Origin: Candidatus Doudnabacteria bacterium
Lineage (GTDB): Bacteria; Patescibacteriota; Doudnabacteria; UBA920
Direction of reading: 5' to 3'
Length of the DNA stretch: 57,684 nt
NCBI GenBank assembly: GCA_038230955.1
Contig: JBBRMG010000003.1
Location: forward strand, 1-57,684
The notes beneath the pieces were generated by a model. It saw only the letters and a program-made list of their open reading frames with translations. It made no database searches and was not told where the DNA came from. Shown piece by piece: positions 40,055-52,330 of this stretch. The position numbers and the translations under genes are program-made. Position 1 is the first letter of the stretch, and each line of letters begins with the position of its first letter.

Positions 40055-40263
40055 TGGGAAAAGAATCACAAGAACCAACTATTAAAGACTCTCTCAAAAA
40101 GCTCGAAAATATTGCTAGTTGGTTCGACGAACAGGAAGAAGTAGATGTGGAACAAGGGCTTCTAAAGGTCAAACAGGGGACGGTCTTAATTAAAGAATTA
40201 AAGGCCAAGCTGAAAGAAGTAGAAAATGAATTTGAGGAAATAAAAAAAGGTTTGGAGGATTAA
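40054..40263 (+). CDS. xseB: Exodeoxyribonuclease VII small subunit
   Basis: SLKKLENI...VEQGL...GTVLIKELKAKL; coupled to xseA. Confidence 0.9.
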   Translation: MGKESQEPTIKDSLKKLENIASWFDEQEEVDVEQGLLKVKQGTVLIKELKAKLKEVENEFEEIKKGLED

Positions 40264-40289
40264 CCCACTTTGTGGTATAGTTTAAAGTA

Positions 40290-40661
40290 ATGATGCTGGA
40301 AAAATCCCGATCTCATGTTGCAATCTTGAGTATTGGCACAATTCTCTGTGCTTTCTCTTTAGCCAGCATTATTAAATTTACTGATCCCTATAAAGTGGGG
40401 GCCGGGGCACATGCTTTGCTGTACATTACATTGTTTCTTTTTGGGTTAGGGTTGTTTACTACCCTAGGCATTGTAATAAGACAGCGATTTTCTGCCGGAA
40501 TATACATTGTCAACGTTAAAGTCAGCACTCGACAGGCCTTCCTGCTATCAGCCTTGCTAACCGGTTCAATTCTGCTTCAAGGAAAAAACTTATTGTTCTG
40601 GTGGGTAGAACTACTTTTAATCTTATTTATTATTGTCTTAGAAATATTTTTTAATCTCTAA
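40290..40661 (+). CDS. Hypothetical 4-TM membrane protein
   Basis: 123-aa hydrophobic ORF; extended -10 element immediately upstream. Confidence 0.7.
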   Translation: MMLEKSRSHVAILSIGTILCAFSLASIIKFTDPYKVGAGAHALLYITLFLFGLGLFTTLGIVIRQRFSAGIYIVNVKVSTRQAFLLSALLTGSILLQGKNLLFWWVELLLILFIIVLEIFFNL

Positions 40662-40687
40662 TTATTATTTTACTTTAAAACAAAACC

Positions 40688-42085
40688 ATGGCTGAAGAAG
40701 AAAATCACATTTTTTATAACGTTATGCCGGCGGAGAAAGCCGATGGTCCCATGGTCAACGCCCCTGTTGGAACCAGCACTGTATCCGTTGGCAGTGCCAC
40801 CACTAGTTCAAGATCTCGTGGAGCTGTTTTAGCGAGCATGGCCAAAAATTCTCGGATCCCAATTATAATTGGAGCAGCGGTCGTTATACTGGCTGCGGCT
40901 TTTGGGGGTTACAAACTACTAAAAAGCCGTACTAACAATCCAACTCCTGCTACACAGGCCACTCAAAACAACCCAGACCAACAGCCTTCCGCGCCGCAAC
41001 AACCAACTGGCGTGACAACATCGCCAGAATGGCAAAAGCGCTACTTCGCCAATGAGATTTGCCAGACTGTAGAAGTTTGTGGCGACGAGAGCGATCCGGA
41101 CCGTGATGGACTGAAAAACATTGATGAACAAAAACTTAACACTGACCCCAATAACCCAGATAGCAGTGGCGGTGGCATCGCCGACGGTGACAAAGTAAAC
41201 ATCTTCGGCGGAGATCCTCTCAAGGCCAAGTCCAAAGCTGGAAAATACACGGATGCAGACTACTACAAATACGGATATGACCTCGCTACAGACCAGCCCT
41301 ATGCTCCTGATAAGCTTCAGGCAATCAAAGACAAAATTACAAAGCAGGGATTCCATCAACCTACGATTAAAACATTGGGTCCAGATGGATTAAAATTATA
41401 CGACTTTACGGATCCCACAGCACCAACAGACCCATTGGCGAACTTAAATATAGATATGTCTGCATCCGCGAAACTAGACCGCGATACTCAACGATCAGCC
41501 ACTATCAAAAAAGTAGGAACTGGCCTGTTAGCATACCGGAAAGACCATACAACGTTTCCCACCACCACCGATTTTGCGCCAATGACCGAACAGATAAAAC
41601 CTTACATATTAGTTGCCACCAACTTTAATGACCCAATAAACAAAGATAAGTACGTTTACGGTTATATCCCATCTAATGTGAATCAAGATTTCACTTTAAC
41701 TTATTATAGTGAAACCCAAAACCTTCTAATTAAATACAAGGCGTCCGACGCCAAGGCCAATGACGTTAAGCAGAACTCAAGCGCCATGGATAATCAGCGT
41801 CGAATGGATCTAGAAAACATCCGCGTAGCATTGCTTCTCTATTCCAGTCATAATACTGATTCTCAAAGTACCCAACAGTACGTTTTTCCGCCAGCCGAAA
41901 AATATACTACTGCCTTAGTCCCAGATTTACTAAAAACCCTGCCAAAAGATCCCGTAACCAAAAACAATTATATTTATAATACCAGTGACAAATTCGACAC
42001 ATTTACTTTAAAGACCGCCCTAGATAATCCTGCCCCCGGTACCACAGGTTATGTTTGCAATCAGGAAAGCTGTCAGAATTACTAA
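40688..42085 (+). CDS. Membrane-anchored surface protein with TSP3-like Ca-binding repeats and two pilin/GspG-like segments
   Basis: TM IIIGAAVVILAAAFGGY; DPDRDGLKNIDEQKLNTDPNNPDS; RDTQRSATIKKVGTGLLAY...FP and DNQRRMDLENIRVALLLY...FP...LPKDP. Confidence 0.65.
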   Translation: MAEEENHIFYNVMPAEKADGPMVNAPVGTSTVSVGSATTSSRSRGAVLASMAKNSRIPIIIGAAVVILAAAFGGYKLLKSRTNNPTPATQATQNNPDQQPSAPQQPTGVTTSPEWQKRYFANEICQTVEVCGDESDPDRDGLKNIDEQKLNTDPNNPDSSGGGIADGDKVNIFGGDPLKAKSKAGKYTDADYYKYGYDLATDQPYAPDKLQAIKDKITKQGFHQPTIKTLGPDGLKLYDFTDPTAPTDPLANLNIDMSASAKLDRDTQRSATIKKVGTGLLAYRKDHTTFPTTTDFAPMTEQIKPYILVATNFNDPINKDKYVYGYIPSNVNQDFTLTYYSETQNLLIKYKASDAKANDVKQNSSAMDNQRRMDLENIRVALLLYSSHNTDSQSTQQYVFPPAEKYTTALVPDLLKTLPKDPVTKNNYIYNTSDKFDTFTLKTALDNPAPGTTGYVCNQESCQNY

Positions 42086-42103
42086 CTTCAGAATTCCATA
42101 ACT

Positions 42104-42514
42104 ATGTTTAACTTTATAAAAAGGTTGTTTGGGGGCGGGGAATCTAAGCCTGCGTTATCGGGTTTAATCGTTGCGGCCAAAGTAGTTGATATATCCAAAC
42201 ATCCCAACGCAGATCGTCTGCGCGTAATTTCTTTGTTCGATGGCAAGCATACCATTGAACCCGTGGTCTGCGGCGCGTTTAACTTCACAGAAGGCGATAT
42301 TGTCGCTTTGGCTTTGCCAGGTGCTGTTATTGCCCGCAATATTCACTCAGACAAACATGAATCGTTCACTTTAGACCGCGCTACTATCCGTGGTGTCGAA
42401 AGCCAAGGAATGATCTGCGCCGCCTACGAAATTGGGTTGAGTGATGAATTGAGCGAAAAACCAGAAATTATGGTCTTGCCAGAAACGACTCGGGTTGGTA
42501 AAATTCTGGCTTAG
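42104..42514 (+). CDS. Stand-alone tRNA-binding OB-fold protein (PheT B2/YtpR/Trbp111-like)
   Basis: HPNADRL, VVCGAFN, IRGVESQGMICAAYEIGL. Confidence 0.88.
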   Translation: MFNFIKRLFGGGESKPALSGLIVAAKVVDISKHPNADRLRVISLFDGKHTIEPVVCGAFNFTEGDIVALALPGAVIARNIHSDKHESFTLDRATIRGVESQGMICAAYEIGLSDELSEKPEIMVLPETTRVGKILA

Positions 42515-42532
42515 AACTTCTAACCCCATCCT

Positions 42533-43666
42533 ATGCACGATATTACTATTCCGTCTGAAGACGAGCAGCGTTTGTTACAGCAACTTGAAAATCGGCACGA
42601 TGCGGAAGCGGAAAGAATGAAGCGCTACCTGAACATGTCCGATCTTTCCCGCACCGAAGGCTCTCCTCTGAAAGCCATCATCGACCACGTTGCGCAAATC
42701 CCAGCTTTTAAAGATTTTGACAATGTCATTATTCCGGAAATTGTTCCGGTTGATGTTAGCTTCGACATGTTTAACTTCGCCCCAGACCATGTAGCACGCA
42801 GTAAGTCCGACACATACTACGTAGATGACACCAACATTCTCCGTACTCATGACACTGTTATGTGGTACTACTATATCAATCACCCGGAAGTAAAAGAAAA
42901 GATTAAAGCCGGGCAATCATTTGGCGTCATCTGTTACGGTAAAGTGTTTCGCAAAGATGAAATCGATCGTCATCATATGAATATTTTCCACCAAATGGGT
43001 GGGCTGTTCATGGTCCCTGACAGCGAAAAAACTCTGAGGTTGGATGACTTAAAAAATGCTCTGGTTGAAATAGCTCAAAGTATTTTCGGCGTAGATGTAA
43101 AATACCGATTCAACGAAGACACTTTTCCCTACACAGACCCTAGTTTGGAAATGGAAATTGAAAAAGACGGGCAGTGGATAGAAATCCTGGGTGGGGGAAT
43201 GCCTCGCAAAACCGTCATGTCTAACTTTGGCCTAGAAGGTTATAACGGTTGGGCGTTTGGCTTTGGCCTAGAACGCTTAGCCATTATTAGCATGGGCTTG
43301 CCAGACATTCGCTTGCTGTGGTCAGAAGATCCACGAGTGACAAAACAATTACAGTTAGGCCAGAAGTTTGTGGAAGTCAGCAAGTATCCACCAATTATTC
43401 GCGATATCTCCTTTATTGTTGATAAGAGTTTCATCCCTAACGATTACTTCGATTTAATTCGCGATATTGGTGGTAGCTTAGTGGAAGAAGTGCAATTGCT
43501 CGACAAATACGAAAATGACGAGAAGTTCGGCCCTAACAGAATGAGTTACACCTACCGCATTCTTTACCGCAGTAACGACCGCACCCTAAAAGCGGAAGAA
43601 ATTGACCCACTCCAAGAGCAAGTTTATGCTCAAACCGCGGAGCAGTTTCAGGCAGAGTTACGTTAG
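42533..43666 (+). CDS. pheS: Single-chain (mitochondrial-type) phenylalanyl-tRNA synthetase: alpha catalytic domain plus FDX-ACB domain
   Basis: HVARSKSDTYY, LRTHDT, FRKDEIDRHH, FPYTDPS, GWAFGFGLERL, then YPPIIRDISF...YRILYRS. Confidence 0.9.
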   Translation: MHDITIPSEDEQRLLQQLENRHDAEAERMKRYLNMSDLSRTEGSPLKAIIDHVAQIPAFKDFDNVIIPEIVPVDVSFDMFNFAPDHVARSKSDTYYVDDTNILRTHDTVMWYYYINHPEVKEKIKAGQSFGVICYGKVFRKDEIDRHHMNIFHQMGGLFMVPDSEKTLRLDDLKNALVEIAQSIFGVDVKYRFNEDTFPYTDPSLEMEIEKDGQWIEILGGGMPRKTVMSNFGLEGYNGWAFGFGLERLAIISMGLPDIRLLWSEDPRVTKQLQLGQKFVEVSKYPPIIRDISFIVDKSFIPNDYFDLIRDIGGSLVEEVQLLDKYENDEKFGPNRMSYTYRILYRSNDRTLKAEEIDPLQEQVYAQTAEQFQAELR

Positions 43667-43689
43667 TAATTTCGCAACAAAAAACATTC

Positions 43690-43718
43690 AAAAACTCCCT
43701 TGAAAAAGGGAGTTTTTT
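43690..43718 (+). terminator. Intrinsic terminator
   Basis: AAAAACTCCCT-TGAAA-AAGGGAGTTTTTT. Confidence 0.8.
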
Positions 43719-43784
43719 ATACTCATAATGCTATTGTTTACGACCAAATTATGCTATAATTAGGGCAAGAAAAACTACTAATAA

Positions 43785-47213
<3,429 letters not shown>

Positions 47214-47222
47214 AAATAATTC

Positions 47223-47263
47223 AAAAAAATAAGGCTTCGGGAAATTTCTTTCTCGAAGCCTTT
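47223..47263. terminator. Bidirectional terminator
   Basis: AAGGCTTCG...CGAAGCCTT with a flanking A-tract and TTT. Confidence 0.7.
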
Positions 47264-47280
47264 CTTCAGCTTAGTACTAC

Positions 47281-47757
47281 TTATTCTATTTTTAACCGTT
47301 CAGTTCGCTTACCCATGACAAACGCGACAGGTCGACCATCTGACGAAAAGTCCTCGCTCACATTATTTATGGGCTTTATGTGGGCATTAAATATCCTTCT
47401 CATCATGTTCTGAAATTTACTGGAGTCATTTAGGAAAAACGATAGCACAATGTTTATGAACCACCAGTCAATCGGTTGTCCTAAATTTGCACGAACGGCC
47501 TCTATCTGGCTTATCGTCTTCGCACTGAGGCCGGCGCGTTTGCCCAAGATCAATGCTTCGGCTAAAATCCTAAGCGCTCTTTTATCGCTTATGGGCTCAG
47601 TGTCCCACTCGATATATGAATTGATCTTAACCTCTGGGATGATTACTTCGTCATCTCCCAGTATTCCGCCTAAACGGGCTCTTTTTGTTAGCAGTACAAA
47701 TTCCGCTCTGAACAATTCCAAGATTTGTTTTGGGTTTCCTTTTTTTGCTTTTTTCAT
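47281..47757 (-). CDS. Hypothetical protein
   Basis: 158-aa ORF with GAGGGGG SD-like site; 16 bp downstream of the next gene; no motif recognised. Confidence 0.6.
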   Translation of the reverse strand: MKKAKKGNPKQILELFRAEFVLLTKRARLGGILGDDEVIIPEVKINSYIEWDTEPISDKRALRILAEALILGKRAGLSAKTISQIEAVRANLGQPIDWWFINIVLSFFLNDSSKFQNMMRRIFNAHIKPINNVSEDFSSDGRPVAFVMGKRTERLKIE

Positions 47758-47773
47758 ATACCCCCCTCAAGTC

Positions 47774-48898
47774 TTATTCCATCCGACTAACCAAATTGTA
47801 ATTGCTCCGGTAGTTGGCGATTTTGGCATTACGTAAGCTTCCTTTTTCAGGAGGATGATGGATCAACCAAAATGAGGTTAAATCTTGAACGTACTGCGCA
47901 AATCGCAAGTTAGCTTCCATGTTCGACGCTGGTCCGAACAGGGCATCGAGCTTTTGCATATCTGCCGTTTTTAGTGTCGCTAGAAGCTCGGTTGTATTCC
48001 GGGCGTTTTTAGAATCGACAATAGTTTGCAGTTCCTTTTCATAAGCTCCGGCAGTTGTCTGGTTAAGCACTGCCGATTCGAGTTCATGGGCTTCCACTTC
48101 CTCGCCACTCCAATCGTCTGAAAGCATTAGTGCATGAGAGGAGAACTTTCCTTCCCGGTCAGCTACGGCATGATTGAGCTCGTGGATAATTAACGCATCT
48201 TTCCACTGCGGTGAAAATTCTACACCGCCGATTAATATCGCCTTCCAGTTAGATTCATAAAGTGCAAACTCGCCCTCGACCATTGAGTAATTTTGGGATA
48301 GCTCATCAAACAAAATTAATCCGATATGATCAGCGGGTAGATCAAACGGATTGCCTTTTTTCGGATCTCCCATGGCATGATCGAAAAACTCGACCATAAA
48401 TTTTCCGCTGAACATCTGGGCCTGCTTAGCCACTGCGGGTAGGGAAGAGTGTCTGGCAAGCATTCCATTTAAATCCGCTTTTATTTGCTCTTGCATCGAG
48501 TTCGCATCCTCGAACTTAACCTGGTCATGGACATACCAGTTATCGGGCGGCCGTTTGGCTAAATAACCTTGAACGACCGAACTTAAATTGCGTGCGGCAT
48601 CGTCTTCGGTAGGAAGTCTAGTAACATAAAGATAGAGGGCGACCCCTGTTATCATAACCAATGCCACTGCTAATACGCGTACGATACCTTTGTTTCGGTG
48701 AGTGTTTTGTTCAATCTGCCGTTGTGATTTAGCTGCGGTCACTTCAGCTACCCCAGCCGCTTCGGCCAGAATCTTCCGCACGCTACCCTTGGGCAACCCC
48801 ATATCCCTAGCGATGCGTACATCTCTGTGGTGCCTCTCTTGAGCACGGCGAATAACTTCCTGTCTCGTTTCTTCCGAAACATCTAGTTTTTCATTCAT
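47774..48898 (-). CDS. Single-pass membrane protein: possible N-terminal HTH and a distal HExxH metallopeptidase-like domain
   Basis: RIARDMGLPKGSVRKIL; TM VLAVALVMITGVALYLYV; LIIHELNHAVAD followed by EEVEAHELE; AGGAGAAGGA SD. Confidence 0.65.
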   Translation of the reverse strand: MNEKLDVSEETRQEVIRRAQERHHRDVRIARDMGLPKGSVRKILAEAAGVAEVTAAKSQRQIEQNTHRNKGIVRVLAVALVMITGVALYLYVTRLPTEDDAARNLSSVVQGYLAKRPPDNWYVHDQVKFEDANSMQEQIKADLNGMLARHSSLPAVAKQAQMFSGKFMVEFFDHAMGDPKKGNPFDLPADHIGLILFDELSQNYSMVEGEFALYESNWKAILIGGVEFSPQWKDALIIHELNHAVADREGKFSSHALMLSDDWSGEEVEAHELESAVLNQTTAGAYEKELQTIVDSKNARNTTELLATLKTADMQKLDALFGPASNMEANLRFAQYVQDLTSFWLIHHPPEKGSLRNAKIANYRSNYNLVSRME

Positions 48899-48974
48899 AG
48901 TCCTTCTCCTGTTTGTGTTTTTATTTTGAAATTAAACCAAGCCTGATTATATTAATCAGCCCGCTTTATCGCCT

Positions 48975-49003
48975 ATAATAGCAACTATTTGACCACCAGT
49001 CAA
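48975..49003 (-). promoter_or_regulatory. sigma70-type promoter
   Basis: TTGACT, 17 bp, TATTAT with an extended TG. Confidence 0.7.
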
Positions 49004-49066
49004 CGTGTTGTGTTGTATGAAATATTTACGATGAACTTGTTGAGATTGACAATCTAATATTTAAAC

Positions 49067-49104
49067 AAAAAAATAAGGCCGGACGATGTATGTCATTCCG
49101 GCCT
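49067..49104 (-). terminator. Terminator after the ECF sigma gene
   Basis: AGGCCGGA/TCCGGCCT stem with a T-tract on the minus strand. Confidence 0.7.
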
Positions 49105-49141
49105 CATACTTTAAGTAATTACTTATCGATTATTTGTGCGG

Positions 49142-49708
49142 CTAGGATTTCATCAAGGACTTTCTTAGTATGCGTCGCGCCTTATAAAGGGTGTCCTTAG
49201 ATATCCCAACTGTGCATCCTAAAATCCTGGCAACTTCCCCATGGTCAAACCCTTCGACGTCGTGAAGTACGAAAACATTCCTGCACTCATCCGGCAACAT
49301 CTTAATTGCATCATCCATTACTAGTTTATCAATAAATTGCATATTGCGCGGATTACGAGAGACAGGGGTATACGAATCAACAGACCCGTTATCGCCCGAC
49401 GTATCCTTGAGTTTTACTGTGCGCTTACGGAAGTGATTTAAAACCTGATTGACCGTCATGCGATGCAACCAAGTGGTGAAAGCGGAGTCACCGCGAAAAC
49501 TGCCAATCTTGCGGAATAGCAAAATAAATACATCCTGCATAAGATCTTCCGCTTCTGCCGTATTTTGCAACATCCGTAAACAAATGCTGTACACACGGCC
49601 GTGGTATCTGGAGTATATCTCTTCAAAAGCAGCCTTATCGCCCCGTGCGGCTGCTTTCGTTAAATCAGAATCCTCATCGTTACCATAATTTATAATTACT
49701 TGGGTCAT
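49142..49708 (-). CDS. ECF-type RNA polymerase sigma factor
   Basis: [33 protein letters not shown], region 4 [10 protein letters not shown]; ATG 49708 with AGGAGG SD. Confidence 0.93.
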   Translation of the reverse strand: MTQVIINYGNDEDSDLTKAAARGDKAAFEEIYSRYHGRVYSICLRMLQNTAEAEDLMQDVFILLFRKIGSFRGDSAFTTWLHRMTVNQVLNHFRKRTVKLKDTSGDNGSVDSYTPVSRNPRNMQFIDKLVMDDAIKMLPDECRNVFVLHDVEGFDHGEVARILGCTVGISKDTLYKARRILRKSLMKS

Positions 49709-49906
49709 TAAAATCCTCCTAGGATTTCGTACCAGTTTTAAGGTCGGCACCACCAATTTTTGAACTGACCACACTATGTCACACATGCATATTTTAGTCA
49801 AGTAATTGACTGGAAAATACAAGTATAGTATAATACATGAAAAGCCCCGAAGGGCTTTTAAAAAAGCCGAAAAATGCTTCTATATTTGGCTTAAATAAAG
49901 GAACCT

Positions 49907-50098
49907 ATGACAAGAGTAATCGACTTTTTTAAAGACGTTAAATCCGAATTATACAAAGTAGTATGGCCAAGTCGCCAAGATACTATCCGTTACACCATAA
50001 CGGTCATCATCTTCAGCCTGGTCATCGCTCTAATATTAGGCGCTGCTGACTACGGTTTGCTTCGACTATTCGAATTTTTGATTAACCGCGGTAATTAG
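49907..50098 (+). CDS. secE: Preprotein translocase subunit SecE
   Basis: ELYKVVWPSR, single TM, directly upstream of nusG. Confidence 0.95.
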   Translation: MTRVIDFFKDVKSELYKVVWPSRQDTIRYTITVIIFSLVIALILGAADYGLLRLFEFLINRGN

Positions 50099-50109
50099 CA
50101 AACACTCAT

Positions 50110-50655
50110 ATGGCAAAACAACAGGTCACCGGCGAACGCCATTGGTACGTTCTCCACACCTACAGCGGCTACGAAGATAGCGTTGCTTGGAACCTCACCC
50201 AACGTATAGAAAACATGGGCATGCACGACAAAATTTTTGACGCTATTGTACCAAAAGAAAAGAAGATTAAAATTAATAATGGCAAACGGACCACAGTAGA
50301 AGAAAAGATTTTCCCTGGTTATGTGCTAGTGGATATGATTGTAACCGACGACTCTTGGTACGTTGTCCGGAACACCCCTAATGTAACAGGGTTCGTGGGT
50401 TCCGGCACAGTGCCAACACCAATCGCCGATGAAGAATGGAACTACCTCCAGAAACGCATGGGTATCGAAGAACCAAAATTCAAAGTCGACTTTGAGCAAG
50501 GTGAACTGGTGCGCATTACCGACGGTCCGTTCAAAGACTATGAGGGTAAGGTTAGCGAGATCGATGAGTCTAAGGGGAAAGTCAAAGTTATGGTTACCAT
50601 TTTTGGTCGCGAAACCCCGGTGGAATTGGACTTCTTACAAGTCAAAAAGATTTAA
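50110..50655 (+). CDS. nusG: Transcription elongation factor NusG
   Basis: WYVLHTYSGYE, FPGYVLV, KOW ITDGPF, IFGRETPVEL. Confidence 0.98.
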   Translation: MAKQQVTGERHWYVLHTYSGYEDSVAWNLTQRIENMGMHDKIFDAIVPKEKKIKINNGKRTTVEEKIFPGYVLVDMIVTDDSWYVVRNTPNVTGFVGSGTVPTPIADEEWNYLQKRMGIEEPKFKVDFEQGELVRITDGPFKDYEGKVSEIDESKGKVKVMVTIFGRETPVELDFLQVKKI

Positions 50656-50673
50656 TTATTCAACTTATACACT

Positions 50674-51102
50674 ATGGCCAAGAAAGTAAAAATAATGGTG
50701 AAACTGCAGCTCCCTGCAGGAAAAGCCACGCCAGCCCCTCCGGTTGGTACAGCACTGGGACCACACGGCATTAACATTGCCCAGTTCGTCAAAGAATTCA
50801 ATGACAAGACTGGCCCGATGGGCGACACAGTTATTCCAGTTGAAATGACCATCTACGATGATCGGTCTTTCACTTTCATCTTAAAAACTCCTCCGGCCTC
50901 TAATCTAATCATGAAAGCCGCTGGCATTGCCAAAGGTAGCGGTAATCCGCTAATGACTAAAGTTGGTAAAATTAAAGCGTCCCAGGTTCGAGAAATAGCC
51001 ACTGAAAAAATGGTTGACCTCAACGCTACTTCGCTTGAAGCAGCTGAAAGCATCATTCGTGGTACCGCTCGCTCTATGGGCGTGGAAGTAACAGGGGACT
51101 AA
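50674..51102 (+). CDS. rplK: 50S ribosomal protein L11
   Basis: [28 protein letters not shown]. Confidence 0.98.
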   Translation: MAKKVKIMVKLQLPAGKATPAPPVGTALGPHGINIAQFVKEFNDKTGPMGDTVIPVEMTIYDDRSFTFILKTPPASNLIMKAAGIAKGSGNPLMTKVGKIKASQVREIATEKMVDLNATSLEAAESIIRGTARSMGVEVTGD

Positions 51103-51106
51103 TATT

Positions 51107-51892
51107 ATGTTCTTTATAATCATACTTGCATTTTTCATACTAATATTCATCGTCCTGCCGGGCTTGCGAGTTGTTCAGCAATACCAAGAAGGTGTGGTAT
51201 TTCGATTGGGTAAAATCCGCACAACTAAGGGACCGGGACTAAGCATTATTATCCCGTATATTGAATCAATGAAAAAAGTGGACTTGCGCACAGTGACCCT
51301 ACCAATTCCACCACAGCAAATCATCACCAAAGATAATGTCTCTGTTGATGTCTCGGCTGTGGCTTACTACAAGATTGTAGATTCTACGAAAAGTATTGTC
51401 GCTATTGCCGACGTCATGAATGCCATCAACCAGATTGCGCAGACATCCATGCGTAACATTGTCGGTAAGTTTCAGTTGGATGAAATTTTGTCCGAACGCG
51501 AAAGCATCAACAACGAAATTACTAAGGTGCTCGATACCCACACCGAAGAGTGGGGCGTAATTGTTTCCATTGTCGAAATTAAAGACATTCAGTTACCAGA
51601 AGGAATGCAGCGAGCTATGGCCAAGCAAGCAGAAGCGGAACGCGAAAAGCGCGCAAAGATTATTGCTGCTGAAGGTGAGTTCTTGTCTTCTCAAAAGCTG
51701 GCTGATACTGCCGACATTATGGCCGCTCATCCCATTGCATTACAATTGCGCAACTTGCAAACCATGGCCGAAATTAGCGTAGAAAAAAACTCCACTATTA
51801 TTTTCCCGGCTCAATTTATGAGCACTATTACTGATATTCAAAAATTTATTGCTGCCGAAGCCAAGGCTGACACTAAGTCGAACGTTTCTTAA
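51107..51892 (+). CDS. SPFH/band 7 (stomatin-like) protein
   Basis: VVFRLG, ITKDNVSV, AMAKQAEAEREKRAKII, LQLRNLQT. Confidence 0.93.
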   Translation: MFFIIILAFFILIFIVLPGLRVVQQYQEGVVFRLGKIRTTKGPGLSIIIPYIESMKKVDLRTVTLPIPPQQIITKDNVSVDVSAVAYYKIVDSTKSIVAIADVMNAINQIAQTSMRNIVGKFQLDEILSERESINNEITKVLDTHTEEWGVIVSIVEIKDIQLPEGMQRAMAKQAEAEREKRAKIIAAEGEFLSSQKLADTADIMAAHPIALQLRNLQTMAEISVEKNSTIIFPAQFMSTITDIQKFIAAEAKADTKSNVS

Positions 51893-51902
51893 TATCAATC
51901 AC

Positions 51903-52262
51903 ATGCAACACATCAAAAAAATCTATCTCTATGTAGTATCCCTAGTCGGTTTAATAATCCTAATTGTTGCCGGCGTTACTCTTATCAATATGGGCTTAAA
52001 AGCTTGGGTGTTTACAAAGGCTGACAGTAATATTGGTTACGCTCCGCAAATTTCCTGTGCCCAACCTCCATCTGCCCCAGACACCACCAACGCTAAGCCA
52101 CCAGAATGCAGTGATCCGAATTACGCTGCTAAGCAAAAGCAAATTGAGACTGACCAACGGGCGGCCCAGCGCCAAAGTGATGCGGCACACGCTATAGCTA
52201 TGATCATTGTCGGCGTTCCGGTATTTGTGTATCACTGGAGATTAGCTCGCAAAGAAGCATAA
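51903..52262 (+). CDS. Small 2-TM hypothetical protein (DUF5671-like)
   Basis: KKIYLYVVSLVGL...AIAMIIVGVPVFVYHWR; start at ATG 51903. Confidence 0.65.
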   Translation: MQHIKKIYLYVVSLVGLIILIVAGVTLINMGLKAWVFTKADSNIGYAPQISCAQPPSAPDTTNAKPPECSDPNYAAKQKQIETDQRAAQRQSDAAHAIAMIIVGVPVFVYHWRLARKEA

Positions 52263-52281
52263 CCTTATTTATATTAATATT

Positions 52282-52316
52282 TGTGGGAGAGTCGCTATAA
52301 ACGGCTCGCCACACCA
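52282..52316 (+). promoter_or_regulatory. Probable L1 autoregulatory binding site upstream of rplA
   Basis: GTGGGAG...hairpin...ACCAC pattern resembling the L1 mRNA target. Confidence 0.55.
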
Positions 52317-52330
52317 CGAAAGGGACATTC

